Notes: generated by a model from the letters alone, not told the origin. A stretch of 64,000 nucleotides of DNA from an uncultured Desulfosarcina sp. (GCA_963674945.2 CAXXWQ010000004.1:1056001-1120000); one strand, 5' to 3'; counted from the stretch's first letter, positions 9,999-21,012 are shown. Numbers and translations: made by a program.

Positions 9999-12625
9999 TC
10001 GTAAACAACGGATTGTGCCTTGATTTGCAAATCGTTCAGGGCGTTCAAGGCGTCAATGGGTGTCATCCGGCTAATATCCATCAGTTGGAGCGTCTCCACC
10101 ACCTTTCTTTCCGCGGGGCGAAAAAGCGCCAACTGCACATGCCCGGCCTTCTTTTTGGTGCCCGGAACGTCATCCCTGGAGGAGGCAACCTGGGGAGATC
10201 CGCCGGATTCGATCTGGGCGAGAATCGCTTTGGCACGCCGGATTACCGTTTCGGGGATCCCGGCCAGGCGGGCCACTTGAATGCCATAACTTCTGTTGGT
10301 CCCCCCCGTTACCAGTTTTCGCAGGAAAATAATCTCGTCATTCCATTCTTTTACAGCGATATTGTAGTTCTTGACGCGCCGGCGCCGTTGTTCCAGCCCT
10401 GTCAGTTCGTGGTAGTGGGTGGCGAACAGGGTTCTGACACCGGCATCGTTCAGATCATGAAGATGCTCGGCAACGGCCCAGGCGATGCTCAATCCATCGT
10501 ATGTGGAAGTGCCACGGCCGATCTCGTCCAGGATCACCAGGCTGCGGGATGTTGCGTTGTTGAGGATATTGGCCGTCTCCTGCATCTCCACCATGAAGGT
10601 GCTTTGGCCCGCAGAAAGATTGTCCAGTGCGCCCACCCGGGTAAAGATGCGGTCGGTAACGGCGATGTTGGCCTGCCTCGCCGGAACGAAGGATCCCATT
10701 TGGGCCATAATGGTCATCAGGGCCACTTGCCGAAGCACGGTTGACTTACCCGCCATGTTGGGGCCGGTAATGACAAGCACCTGATTTTCCAGGTTGTCCA
10801 TATCGATGGTGTTGGGAACGAACCGCTCGCCGGTAATCAGTTTTTCCACTACCGGGTGGCGCCCCTCCTGGATGTGGAGGTTTCCGTCGTCGTTGATTTG
10901 CGGCCGGTGATAATCACCGTTTTGCGCGATTTCGGCAAAGGCGGTCAGACAATCCACGCGGGCGATGAATTCCGCCACCGTCTGTATCTCCCGATGCCGG
11001 GCCTTGACCCGATCCCGGACGGCGAAAAAGATCGTTCGTTCCAGACTGGCACGCTGCTCTTCGGCGTTTAACACACGGGATTCGAAGGTTTTCAGATCTT
11101 CGGTGATGTACCGCTCCGCGTTGACCAATGTCTGCTTTCGTACGTAATGTTGGGGGACTTTTTCGTGTTGGGCCCGCGGCACTTCGATAAAGTAACCGAA
11201 TACCTTGTTGAAACGCACCTTGAGCGTTGGTATACCGGTGGCCTCGCGCTCCGTTGTCTCCAGTTGTGCCAGCCAACCTTTGCCATCCCGGGTGATTCGA
11301 ATCAGTTCATCGAGATCCTCATCGTACCCCGATTGAATCATGCCCCCTTCGGTAATCACCGCCGGCGCATCTTCCCGGATCGCCCGATGGATAACATCGG
11401 CCAATTCGTGGAGATTGGCCGTATCGGGTGGATCGGTAAAGGACGCCACGGAGAATTGGGACAGGATCGGATAGATGTCGGAAAGCGCCCGGATGGAGGT
11501 TTTCACGGCGATCAGGTCTCGTGCATTTCCATGTCCCATGGCTATTTTGCTGCCCAGACGTTCCAAATCCCGAACAGGTTTGAGTGATGCGCGAAGATCT
11601 TTTCGCACCTGCATCTTTTCCACGGCCTCTGCCACCGCATCCAGCCGGGTCTCGATCCTTTCCGGATCCAGAAGCGGATAGCGAAGCCATTGGGCCAACA
11701 GTCGCCCTCCCATGACGGTAATGGTCTGGTCCAAAATCCCCAACAGCGTTCCCTGGCGATTTCCGGTTCGAAGGTTTTGGGAAAGCTCCAGGTTCCTGCG
11801 GCTCTGGTCGTCCACCACGAGAAAATGGTCCAGAAAATAGGTCTGGATCGATTGCAGATGCGCGATCTTCTGCTTTTGGGTCTCGCTCACATAGTGAATC
11901 AGCGCGCCGGCGGCACTGACGGCTGCCTTCATGTGCTCACATCCGAACCCTTCCAGACTCAACGTGTCCAGGTGGGCCAGAAGACGCCCGCGGCTGGTGG
12001 TGAAATCAAACTCGCGGTCCGCCATCTCGGTTATGGCAAAGGATTGCTGCGGATCGGAAATGGCCGAAAACCGCCTGTCGGAGGAGAGCGATTCGGGCAG
12101 CAGGATCTCCTTTGGTCCGATTCGCATGATTTCATCCATGATAATGGACGACTGGACATTTTCCGTTATCCGGAAACTGCCGGTGGAGATATCCAGGCTG
12201 GCGATACCGATGGCCTGCTTGTACAGGCAAACGGCCAGGATGAAATTGTTCGCCCGTTCATCCAACAGCTCGTCCTCGACGATCATACCCGGGGTAACGA
12301 CACGCACCACCTCGCGCTTGACCAGTCCCTTGGCGGCTTTGGGGTCCTCCACCTGGTCGCAGATGGCCACCTTGTACCCCTTTTCGATGAGACGGGAAAT
12401 GTAGGTCTGTGCGGCGCGATAGGGAACGCCGCACATGGGGATCGGTGAATCGTCGTTTTTGTTGCGGGAGGTCAGGGTGATGTCCAGCACGCCGGAGGCG
12501 ATCCGGGCGTCCTCGAAAAACATTTCGTAGAAATCACCCATGCGATAAAACAGGAGGACATCGGGATACCGCTCCTTGATGGAGAGGTATTGTTGGATCA
12601 TGGGTGTCGCTGTAACGGAAGCCAT
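9995..12625 (-). CDS. mutS: DNA mismatch repair protein MutS
   Basis: TPMIQQY, FYRMGDFYEMF, ITGPNMAGKST, STFMVEM, DEIGRGTST, SYGIQVARLAG. Confidence 0.98.
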   Translation of the reverse strand: MASVTATPMIQQYLSIKERYPDVLLFYRMGDFYEMFFEDARIASGVLDITLTSRNKNDDSPIPMCGVPYRAAQTYISRLIEKGYKVAICDQVEDPKAAKGLVKREVVRVVTPGMIVEDELLDERANNFILAVCLYKQAIGIASLDISTGSFRITENVQSSIIMDEIMRIGPKEILLPESLSSDRRFSAISDPQQSFAITEMADREFDFTTSRGRLLAHLDTLSLEGFGCEHMKAAVSAAGALIHYVSETQKQKIAHLQSIQTYFLDHFLVVDDQSRRNLELSQNLRTGNRQGTLLGILDQTITVMGGRLLAQWLRYPLLDPERIETRLDAVAEAVEKMQVRKDLRASLKPVRDLERLGSKIAMGHGNARDLIAVKTSIRALSDIYPILSQFSVASFTDPPDTANLHELADVIHRAIREDAPAVITEGGMIQSGYDEDLDELIRITRDGKGWLAQLETTEREATGIPTLKVRFNKVFGYFIEVPRAQHEKVPQHYVRKQTLVNAERYITEDLKTFESRVLNAEEQRASLERTIFFAVRDRVKARHREIQTVAEFIARVDCLTAFAEIAQNGDYHRPQINDDGNLHIQEGRHPVVEKLITGERFVPNTIDMDNLENQVLVITGPNMAGKSTVLRQVALMTIMAQMGSFVPARQANIAVTDRIFTRVGALDNLSAGQSTFMVEMQETANILNNATSRSLVILDEIGRGTSTYDGLSIAWAVAEHLHDLNDAGVRTLFATHYHELTGLEQRRRRVKNYNIAVKEWNDEIIFLRKLVTGGTNRSYGIQVARLAGIPETVIRRAKAILAQIESGGSPQVASSRDDVPGTKKKAGHVQLALFRPAERKVVETLQLMDISRMTPIDALNALNDLQIKAQSVVYE

Positions 12626-12752
12626 GGACTGGGAGGTATCTTCGCTTGATTACGGATATTGAGGCGGGAGATGACGAATTCACCCGCCGAAGGGGAAAAC
12701 GGTTGGACGGGTCGGATTCCAATACTCGCCGCAGCCAAGGTCGTCATCCGGA

Positions 12753-13136
12753 TCATTCTGCTTGGGCTGTTCTATCCACGAGGTTTTCATCGATGGTGTC
12801 GACGGAAACGGATTCGACTTTCGCACTCCGGGTATCCAGCTGCTTTTCCATGGCTGAGATGGTGTCAATCAGGCTCGACTCTTTGGCCTTTAGGGCCTTG
12901 ATGAGTTTTGCATCCTTGTAGTGCTTGAAGAGACTGAAAAAATAGGTGATCAGCAGACCGATGAAAAAAAATGCAACGAAGAAGATTGCATTGGCCAGAA
13001 GCGGAGTTTCATATTTCACAAAAAAAAGGTTGATCAGCAGACTGTTCTCCGCTCTGAAAAATTCCCAGTTTTGTGCAATGACCAGCCCGACAAAGCCGAA
13101 CACGACGATCCAGAAGGCAATTTTAACCTTTTTCAT
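12753..13136 (-). CDS. LapA/DUF1049-like small membrane protein
   Basis: TM-QN-loop-TM followed by a coiled-coil tail. Confidence 0.65.
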   Translation of the reverse strand: MKKVKIAFWIVVFGFVGLVIAQNWEFFRAENSLLINLFFVKYETPLLANAIFFVAFFFIGLLITYFFSLFKHYKDAKLIKALKAKESSLIDTISAMEKQLDTRSAKVESVSVDTIDENLVDRTAQAE

Positions 13137-13287
13137 TACGTAGTTTTCCCCCTCATTCGATTACCATTTTCGGGTTTGATGAAAGGTCTTGCCGTGTCTC
13201 GAAAAAAATAGTGCCAAAGCCCATGAAACCCTTTATTTATCAAGCATCTTTACCCTTTTATACCTGAAAACTCAACCTTTTTTTCCC

Positions 13288-14040
13288 TTAGAGCGGTATC
13301 AGTTCCACCTCGCCCCACAACCCCAGCTCCCCGCCTGCAACAACCACGATTCCCGAAACACCGTCGATTCTTCTGCCCCGGTCGATGGCCGTCTTGATCG
13401 TTCCGGGCGATGTCACGAGGTTGCCGATTGCCGTTGCGGCTGCATCGGCCAGGGCGCAGGATGGGGAGACCACGCATACGGCATCGGCGTTTCCCTTGGA
13501 AAGTGAATGCCCTACCGTCGCCGATGAAGTACATAATCCGATCCCATCCGCGGTCGACGGGACCTTGATGCCGATCCTCATGCTCATAGAAGAAGCACCG
13601 GCGAACAATCCCACCACCATCGGTCGGTCGGTTTTCATAAAAATATCTCCGCCGTTTTCCACCACGACCTGACGGCTATGGGTCAGAAGGTCACGCCCCA
13701 CGGCTTCGGCCATGGCCCCGGCAACGGCCGCCATGGGCCCCACACCGGCGGTCTCACCGGCCTGAATCATGGTTCGAACGATTTTCGGTGCCAGGGCCTT
13801 TTCCGGCCACGGGTGCAAAGTGGTGGCAAAAGAAGGATACCGCCGTATATACCCTTCGATATACCCTCGAAGCCGCAGTACCGTTTCACGGGCCATGACG
13901 TCCAGGCACCGGTCCGCCTGAATCATCAAGTCCGTCTCCTGGCAAACGACGGGAAAGGCAACCAGATCGACGCAACGAGCCCCTTGGCGGTAGGTCCGCT
14001 GCCGATACTGGTTTGGTGGTAACGGTTTTTTCTTTGCCAT
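13288..14040 (-). CDS. UPF0280 / ApbE-superfamily protein
   Basis: ETDL, GVGPMAAVAGA, VENGGDI, CTSSATVGHSLSKG, ALADAAATAIGN. Confidence 0.88.
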   Translation of the reverse strand: MAKKKPLPPNQYRQRTYRQGARCVDLVAFPVVCQETDLMIQADRCLDVMARETVLRLRGYIEGYIRRYPSFATTLHPWPEKALAPKIVRTMIQAGETAGVGPMAAVAGAMAEAVGRDLLTHSRQVVVENGGDIFMKTDRPMVVGLFAGASSMSMRIGIKVPSTADGIGLCTSSATVGHSLSKGNADAVCVVSPSCALADAAATAIGNLVTSPGTIKTAIDRGRRIDGVSGIVVVAGGELGLWGEVELIPL

Positions 14041-14062
14041 AATCGTTACGGGGCGCAGCCAT

Positions 14063-15244
14063 TCATCCGGATTGCGCCTCGGGCCTCAAGTGTTCGGGAA
14101 ATTGGCTCAGAAAATAGCGGTCGGTCATGCCCGCGATATAATCCCTGACGATTTCCGGGGGCTTGTGTCCTTGAACATAGGCATTGCTCTTGCCCGCCAA
14201 AAACCGTGAAAAAATCTCAGCCTCTTTTTCATCTTTCGCCAAGGCCGTCATGCAGCGCTCGAACAGGATGGAAAACAGTTCTTTAATCCGGGATGAGTGG
14301 GTCTTGATTTTGGGATTCAGGTAAATATGTTCCAGATTGAAGGCCTTGAGTGCTTTCAGGGCATCGGAGATCTCTGGGCTGAAGGCGACATAGGGACAGT
14401 CACTGCTGTTTTGAATCACATCCGTGACAAGTCGATAGACAATGGTCCCGTTCGTGTCGCCCAGCACCCGGCAAATCTGCCGGGGAATGTCCCCTCGCCA
14501 AAGAATCCCGAGGCGAATGGCGTCTTCCAGGTCGCGGCCGATGTATGCGATGGTGTCGGCCATGCGGACCACGCACCCTTCGGTGGTCATGGGAACGAGT
14601 GAATCGTCCGGATTGGCCATTTTGGCGGCGATTTCTCTTTCGAAAGCATCAAAATCCTTGCGGGGATTGGGCTGTAACAGTCGGTTGTGAATCTCACCGT
14701 CGTGGCAGAGAATACCGTCCAGGGTCTGCAGGCAAAGGTTCCATCCCCGCCCCTTTCGTTCCACCCGATCCAGAAACTGGATGCTTTGCACATTGTGTAA
14801 AAAGGGCCCGATGCCGGCCTCTTGACACAACTGGGACAGGTACCGTTCCCCCTCGTGACCGAAGGGCGTGTGCCCGATATCGTGACCCAACGCGATGGCC
14901 TCGATCAGGTCTTCGTTCAATCGGAGGAACCGGCCAATGGTCCGCGCAATCTTTGAAACCAGCTGTACATGAAGCACCCGGTGGGTGATGTGATCGTTGG
15001 CTATCAGATAGAAAACCTGGGTCTTGTCGATGTATCGGGTGTAGGCATGACTGTGCAGAATCCGATCCGAATCGAGGCTGAAGGATTGCCGGTACCCGGC
15101 CGCGGTATCGACGATGGGACGGCGGCGAATACCGGCATCGCTGAAGGTGGCCGCCGGACTGAAGATTCGCCTCTCCTGTTCGTCGAGGTTCGATTTTAAC
15201 CGTTCCAGTTCCGGCGGTGTGGTAAAAACGTCAGATTTCTCCAT
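14063..15244 (-). CDS. HD-domain dNTP triphosphohydrolase (dGTPase-like)
   Basis: DSDRILHS, DKTQVF, HDIGHTPFGHEGE, RMADTIAY, DYIAGMTD. Confidence 0.85.
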   Translation of the reverse strand: MEKSDVFTTPPELERLKSNLDEQERRIFSPAATFSDAGIRRRPIVDTAAGYRQSFSLDSDRILHSHAYTRYIDKTQVFYLIANDHITHRVLHVQLVSKIARTIGRFLRLNEDLIEAIALGHDIGHTPFGHEGERYLSQLCQEAGIGPFLHNVQSIQFLDRVERKGRGWNLCLQTLDGILCHDGEIHNRLLQPNPRKDFDAFEREIAAKMANPDDSLVPMTTEGCVVRMADTIAYIGRDLEDAIRLGILWRGDIPRQICRVLGDTNGTIVYRLVTDVIQNSSDCPYVAFSPEISDALKALKAFNLEHIYLNPKIKTHSSRIKELFSILFERCMTALAKDEKEAEIFSRFLAGKSNAYVQGHKPPEIVRDYIAGMTDRYFLSQFPEHLRPEAQSG

Positions 15245-16010
15245 CGTCGATCATCTTCTCCATCATGTGAAAGTAGTCGATCCCTGCCGCCCGGAATCCC
15301 TCCTTTCCATACTTCATGTTCGCTTCCAAAATAACGAAGTCTCCTTCATGACTGCAGACATCCATGCCAACATCGTTCCACCCCAGCCGCTTGGCGGCCG
15401 CCAGGGCCAGGGAAACGGCCTTCTCCGGGACCCCGTCCAGCCGGATGGTACCGCCTTTGGCGACATTGGTGCGAAACTCCCCGTCGGCGGCGATCCGCCA
15501 ATATGCATGTACCGCCTTGTTCCCGATCACCACGACCCGGATATCCCGATCGATGGGAAGGTATTGTTGAATGTATGCCACATGGTGCTGTTCGGTGTAG
15601 GCGGCAAGGTCATCGCTGTTTTTGATTAAAAACACGCCGCGTCCCATGGCCGATCCCCGGGGCTGTTTGGCAACGAAGGGGTAGGAAAAATAATCCGGAA
15701 TTTTCTCTTTCTGGCGTGATCCGTAAAAAATCCGGGTGAACGGATGGGGGAGGCCGGCCAGCTGCAGCAGCGCCGTCTGCTTGATTTTATCCTGAACACA
15801 TTTGTAGGTGTGGTAGCTGGGAAAGGTAGCCTTTCCCACTGCGTCGAAAAGATCGGCATAGAATGCCGTGGGATAATAGATTTTGTCGGCCTCCCGGATC
15901 AACCTGATTTCAGAATCGCTGTAATCGTAAAAGTTGGGGCGGACCCCCAAGGTACGAACGTTACTGCATTTGCGTAATCGCGCCTCCAGCGCCAGGACCT
16001 CTCTGGACAT
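15231..16010 (-). CDS. RimK-like ATP-grasp ligase
   Basis: DKIKQ, PFVAKQPRGSAMGRGVFL, YIQQYLP, DIRVVVIG, FRTNVAKGG, ILEAN. Confidence 0.85.
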   Translation of the reverse strand: MSREVLALEARLRKCSNVRTLGVRPNFYDYSDSEIRLIREADKIYYPTAFYADLFDAVGKATFPSYHTYKCVQDKIKQTALLQLAGLPHPFTRIFYGSRQKEKIPDYFSYPFVAKQPRGSAMGRGVFLIKNSDDLAAYTEQHHVAYIQQYLPIDRDIRVVVIGNKAVHAYWRIAADGEFRTNVAKGGTIRLDGVPEKAVSLALAAAKRLGWNDVGMDVCSHEGDFVILEANMKYGKEGFRAAGIDYFHMMEKMIDDGEI

Positions 16011-16013
16011 CTT

Positions 16014-16862
16014 TTACAGCCGGCGCACGATGGCCTGCACGACACCGTCCAATGCCTCGACAAAGGCGCCGCCGTTTTTGCCATCCGCAATGGGCGTTCC
16101 GGCATCGCAGCACTGGACCACCTTGGGATCGAAGGGCAATGTACCCAGAAAGGGAATCCCCATGGCCTCGGCGGTAATTCGGCCGCCACGGCTTTTAAAC
16201 AGCTCTACGGTCTTTCCGCAGCAGGGACAGGCAAAGGGCCCCATGTTCTCCACCAAACCCACCGGTTCCAGGTTCACCGTACGACAAAAATTGATTGATT
16301 TTCGGACATCCGCCAGCGCCACCTCCTGGGGTGTGGTGACAATCAGGGCCTTGGCGCCGGTAATGATCTGTGCGACGGAAAGCGGCTCGTCCCCCGTACC
16401 CGGTGGTGCGTCGACCACGAGAAAATCCAGGTCGTCCCACTTCACTTCGGCGACAAACTGCCGGATGACCCCCGTCTTGGCCGGGCCACGCCAGATTACG
16501 GCCTGGTCCGGGTCCTTCATCAACGACTGCATGGAGACCACTTTCAGATGATCGCCGACCATGGTGGGGAGCACCTGCCTCTCCTCGTTGACGTCCAGAG
16601 GGGCGTCGATGCCCAACATACCGGCGATACTGGGGCCATGCAAATCGACGTCCAGCAGGCCGGTGGGAAATCCTTTCCGGGCCAGCGTCACGGCAAGATT
16701 GGTGGCAAAACTCGATTTTCCCACGCCGCCTTTACCGCTCATGACGATAAGTTTGTTTTTGATTTTCGCCAGTGTGTCATTGATATTTCGATCTTGGGGA
16801 TCCGGTTTGCCGCTGCATCCACCATCAACGCATCCGCTTTGTCTGCCTTGTTCATCTTTCAT
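16014..16862 (-). CDS. Mrp/NBP35 Fe-S cluster carrier ATPase
   Basis: MSGKGGVGKS, DVDLHGPS, IWRGP, DAPPGTGD, VTTPQ, VENM, CPCC. Confidence 0.93.
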   Translation of the reverse strand: MKDEQGRQSGCVDGGCSGKPDPQDRNINDTLAKIKNKLIVMSGKGGVGKSSFATNLAVTLARKGFPTGLLDVDLHGPSIAGMLGIDAPLDVNEERQVLPTMVGDHLKVVSMQSLMKDPDQAVIWRGPAKTGVIRQFVAEVKWDDLDFLVVDAPPGTGDEPLSVAQIITGAKALIVTTPQEVALADVRKSINFCRTVNLEPVGLVENMGPFACPCCGKTVELFKSRGGRITAEAMGIPFLGTLPFDPKVVQCCDAGTPIADGKNGGAFVEALDGVVQAIVRRL

Positions 16863-17685
16863 TGGTTCTTTTTCCCCCGTCTAGTGTGAAGATCCCAACG
16901 CTTACAGCAGGGTTGGGGTTGTATCGCTGTATGGTAAGCGTGATACCCATTTGCGATGCCGCGGTCAATTGAATTGTCTCGGGCAGGACAAACCCGTCGA
17001 TGGTCATGCTTCCGGAAAACATCAGTGTGCGGAGGGGAGTGCCATGCTCGTCCAGCCACTGGGCCCGAATGGGCCGATACTTCTCGTCCAGGGTGATTCG
17101 CTGGCGGGGAATTGCCCTTCGGTCGACCAGTTCAACCTGGACAGGGTCCATGGTTGCGCCCTGGACCATGCGGGCTATGTATTTTTTATCGACAGGAATC
17201 CGCCCCATCAGAAAGTCCAGCAGCTCGCCCACGGTAATGTCGATGCCGGTAAACCGTGACAGGTCGCCCCTTCCGATGGGCCTTTCGTAAAATTCACCCG
17301 ACGAATGAATGTCGGCAAACAGATGGCTGCCATCGCTTGCAATCGTCGTCGATGATCCCCCAAACGGCGTTAACAAATCCATGCGAAGCCACTTGGGCTG
17401 ACGACCGGCAATGGCGACCCGAAAAAATCGCTGCGGTTGATCCGGCATCGCCAGGACGATCTTTGCCATGCACGTAAAGCTGGTCAGTGCGCTGTCGCCC
17501 TGCACGATTCCGGTTACGATTTTTTCTGCCTGCACGTCTTTTGGGATGTCCGGCGCAGCCAGGTGGGAACAGGCAACGGGCAGACACAGTATCAGGATCG
17601 AAACGACAGGAAGCCATTTCGATACCATGGCATTGGCAAAGGCTGAGTTCCTCCCATTTCGGCAGGGCGTACGCATGCTGGTCAT
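16852..17685 (-). CDS. Putative LolB-like / DUF4292 lipoprotein
   Basis: Lipobox-like LPVAC after a hydrophobic stretch; beta-rich LolA/LolB-type pattern; start 17685 (ATGA overlap) or 17628. Confidence 0.6.
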   Translation of the reverse strand: MTSMRTPCRNGRNSAFANAMVSKWLPVVSILILCLPVACSHLAAPDIPKDVQAEKIVTGIVQGDSALTSFTCMAKIVLAMPDQPQRFFRVAIAGRQPKWLRMDLLTPFGGSSTTIASDGSHLFADIHSSGEFYERPIGRGDLSRFTGIDITVGELLDFLMGRIPVDKKYIARMVQGATMDPVQVELVDRRAIPRQRITLDEKYRPIRAQWLDEHGTPLRTLMFSGSMTIDGFVLPETIQLTAASQMGITLTIQRYNPNPAVSVGIFTLDGGKRTNER

Positions 17686-19403
17686 GGTGTGAGGCGTCGA
17701 ATTTTCTCTTCCACGACGGCCTTGTCCGAATGGCCGTTCTCGATGGACTGACGATAGCTTTCCAATGCTTTTTCCGTCATTCCCAGTTTCACGTAGACAT
17801 CTCCCAGATGTTCTTTCACGATGGGATCGTCGGGAACGAGGCTGGCCGCTTCCTTCAAAAGGGGCAGTGCCTGCTCGTATTCCCCCCGCTTGTAAAAGAC
17901 CCATGCAAGGCTGTCGGTAATGTATCCGTCACCTGGTTTCTGGGCCAACGCCCTTCGGATCAGTTGCTCGGCTTCGTCCAGGTTGATTCCCATGTCGGCA
18001 AAGGTATAGCCCAGATAGTTCAACGCGTTGGCATTTTCCGGATCATACTGGAGCACCTGTCGCATGGCGGCAATGGAGTCGTCTTTTTTTCCCCACTTAT
18101 CATACACGACCCCGAGCCTGAAATAGAGACGTGGGTTTTTCGGATCCAGATCGATTCCTTCACGCAAAGCGGCTGCGGCCTTGTCCCATGCCTCCAATTG
18201 CTCGTAGAAAGAGCCCAAATAAAGTCGGAATTCGGGATTTTGCTCATCCTTTCCGATGGTTTCCAGCATGAAGGCGACGGCCGACGGGAGTTTGTCCGTC
18301 TCCTGATATAAAAGGGCGGCGTGAACCGCGGCATTTTGAAAAAAACGAGAATCCGGCTGCACCTGTTTCAGCTGCTCGATGGCAGCGTCCTTTTTGCCCA
18401 TACCGTCCAAGGCCACGCCGGCAAGGTACCGCAGGTCCGAATTGTCCGGCACCTCCGCAATCATGCCGTCAATGATGGTGCTTGCCGCCGCATATTGTTT
18501 GGTGTCGAGGTATTCCCGCACCAATATCCGAATCACCGTCTGATCGGAAACAGATTCCCGGCCCAATACGGCAAAGATTTCCCGGGCCTTTTTTTTCTCT
18601 CCCTTTCGATGGTAGGTGTAGCCCATAGACATGCGCGCGAGGCTGTTGTCTGGATTTTGCTGCAATATCTCGGAATAGATGGAAATTGCCTTATCGAAGT
18701 CCCCCTCTTCTTCATAAAGCGCCCCCAAGGCAAACCGAGATTCGATCAGTTCGGGTTCGATCGCCAATGTCTTTTCGAAATAGATACGGGCACTTTTATT
18801 ATCCCCCAGATGGGCGCTGACCTGCCCCAGAAAAAAGTATCCGACGTAGGATCGGGGGAAATGGGTTACCAGTTGTTCATAGACCTTTCTTGCCTGGTCC
18901 CACGCTTGCTGGTCCATGAGCATGCCACCCAGTTGCAAATAGATGCGCTCTTGCGTCGGATCGAGAAAGAGAACCTGCCGATACGCGGCGATCGCTTCTT
19001 GTGTCTGGTCCAGTTGCTGATATATCTGGCCGGACAAAATCAGGGACGGGACATCGTCGGGCTGTTTTTCTAGAACCTCGCCCAACAGCGCCAATGCCTT
19101 CTCGTTGTTCTTCTTCATCAACCAGAACCCGGCCAGTTCCCTTTTCAGATAGGCTGAATCCGGATCCAGCGCTACGGCCTGATCCATGAGTGCAATGGCC
19201 CGGTCGACATTTCCCCGTTTGATGCTCAGATGCGCTTCGGCAAAAAAGTAATACGCATTGGCGGGTCGATTTTGCTTCTGATTCAAAGGGACGTGCGGAC
19301 GTTCACCCATCTTCTTTGCCGTCTGGCTTGCCGTCTGGCCACAGCCCACGATGATTCCCACAAGGAGCACAATTGAAAGGTATTTATGGTACTTACATAT
19401 CAT
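17682..19403 (-). CDS. TPR-repeat lipoprotein
   Basis: Lipobox IIVGC, many TPRs, C-terminal ALNYLGY...YITDSLAW...EHLGD; start moved to ATG 19403. Confidence 0.85.
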   Translation of the reverse strand: MICKYHKYLSIVLLVGIIVGCGQTASQTAKKMGERPHVPLNQKQNRPANAYYFFAEAHLSIKRGNVDRAIALMDQAVALDPDSAYLKRELAGFWLMKKNNEKALALLGEVLEKQPDDVPSLILSGQIYQQLDQTQEAIAAYRQVLFLDPTQERIYLQLGGMLMDQQAWDQARKVYEQLVTHFPRSYVGYFFLGQVSAHLGDNKSARIYFEKTLAIEPELIESRFALGALYEEEGDFDKAISIYSEILQQNPDNSLARMSMGYTYHRKGEKKKAREIFAVLGRESVSDQTVIRILVREYLDTKQYAAASTIIDGMIAEVPDNSDLRYLAGVALDGMGKKDAAIEQLKQVQPDSRFFQNAAVHAALLYQETDKLPSAVAFMLETIGKDEQNPEFRLYLGSFYEQLEAWDKAAAALREGIDLDPKNPRLYFRLGVVYDKWGKKDDSIAAMRQVLQYDPENANALNYLGYTFADMGINLDEAEQLIRRALAQKPGDGYITDSLAWVFYKRGEYEQALPLLKEAASLVPDDPIVKEHLGDVYVKLGMTEKALESYRQSIENGHSDKAVVEEKIRRLTP

Positions 19404-19503
19404 TTTATTTGCTTTCACACGAAAAACCCACGAAATCGAAAGGTACGCGGCATCGAGAATCGCAAGGCATGTGATGTTGGTATGACAAAGCGGCAGGAAG
19501 TGA

Positions 19504-20439
19504 TCAGGACACACCTTCTGTGTAGGTTTCGAAATCGGGAATTTCTTTTTTGAAATAGTCCCTCATCTTTTTCACCACGTTTTTCTCGACTTGCCTCACA
19601 CGTTCGCGGGATATCCCGTACTTATCACCGATTTCCTGGAGTGTGACCGGCGTGTCGGAAAAGATACGTTTATCGAAGATCTCCATCTCCCGCTCGGTCA
19701 TTTGTTTTCTGAATTCGGCGATTTTCTGGTTGAGCAGTGATGACATCTCCTTTTTCGCCACACTCTCCTCTGCCGATTCGGACTCGGTGCTCATGAACTC
19801 GATCCGCTCCGTATCGGAGTCCTCTTTCAATGGTGCGTCAAGCGAGATGTCCCAACCATCCAGTCGTTGGTCCATGTCCACAATCTCTCGTTCGGAGACC
19901 CCCAGCCGTTGGCTGAGAAGCTTTGGCTTCGGGTCAAATCCCTCGTCGATGAGCTTTTGTTTTTCCTTCTTTAACTTAAAGAATAATTTGCGTTGTCCCT
20001 GGGTAGTGCCGATCTTTACCAAACGCCAATTATCCATTATGAATTTAAGGATATAGGCTTTTATCCAGAAAGAGGCGTAATAAGAAAACTTAACATTTTT
20101 ATAGGGGTCGAATTTTTTCACCGCCTGCATCAAACCGATGTTTCCCTCCTGAATCAGATCCAGCAGGTTCTGCATCCATACGCGCTGAAATTCCAAGGCA
20201 ATCTTGACCACCAAACGCAGATTCGAAGTGACAAGCTGATATGCGGCCTCCTGGTCGCCATGCTCCTGAACCCGTTTGCCCAGCGCCACCTCCTCCTCCC
20301 GTGTCAGCAAATGATACTGGCTGATCTCGGAGAGGTAACGCTGCAAAGGATCATACTTAACAAGCGATTTGTCACTGCCCTTTGCAACTGGCCCCGTATT
20401 CTTGGGCGGTTTTGTTTCTTTCACCGTTGTTTTTTTCAT
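19504..20439 (-). CDS. rpoH: RNA polymerase sigma-32 (RpoH-type) factor
   Basis: NLRLVVKIA, DLIQEGNIGLM, RpoH-box-like QRKLFFKLK, ISRERVRQ. Confidence 0.85.
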   Translation of the reverse strand: MKKTTVKETKPPKNTGPVAKGSDKSLVKYDPLQRYLSEISQYHLLTREEEVALGKRVQEHGDQEAAYQLVTSNLRLVVKIALEFQRVWMQNLLDLIQEGNIGLMQAVKKFDPYKNVKFSYYASFWIKAYILKFIMDNWRLVKIGTTQGQRKLFFKLKKEKQKLIDEGFDPKPKLLSQRLGVSEREIVDMDQRLDGWDISLDAPLKEDSDTERIEFMSTESESAEESVAKKEMSSLLNQKIAEFRKQMTEREMEIFDKRIFSDTPVTLQEIGDKYGISRERVRQVEKNVVKKMRDYFKKEIPDFETYTEGVS

Positions 20440-20555
20440 TCACCATTCCACTTTGATATGTTTTCGAATGGGCAACGTCGGAAGATATCGGGTGACCGGC
20501 TGGATTTTCATATGGACATTACAATTCCACTATGGTACGGATGCCGGTGATTTCC

Positions 20556-20632
<77 letters not shown>

Positions 20633-20902
20633 CCTCGCGCCTTGCCCGGACACTGATTCGTACAATCCCTTTCCCAAACGTTTTCCAATTCGATGGCAGC
20701 CGCTTCGATCGTCGTCACCAAAGCCAAAGTCGGCACATCATCTCCAATTGGGATCGTGACCGACGCAGACCGCCCGTTTCACCTCGGGCAGACGTGATTC
20801 TTCGAAAAATGTTGAGAGAACCACGTCTATCCAAAGTCTAGTAATATAACATACTCGATGGTAATTTGAAAAACGATAAATAATTAGAAACGAAAACACT
20901 GA

Positions 20903-20929
20903 AATGCCGGGGCAAAATTCACCGGCATT
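20903..20929. terminator. Possible terminator hairpin between the convergent tRNA and response regulator
   Basis: AATGCCGG...CCGGCATT 8-bp stem; weak T-tracts. Confidence 0.35.
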
Positions 20930-21012
20930 CGTATTTTGGAAAGGTGGATACTCTTGCGAATGATCTTACATGAAACCCTATGCAAGGATGTGTGACAAGA
21001 TACTTCAGCGGT

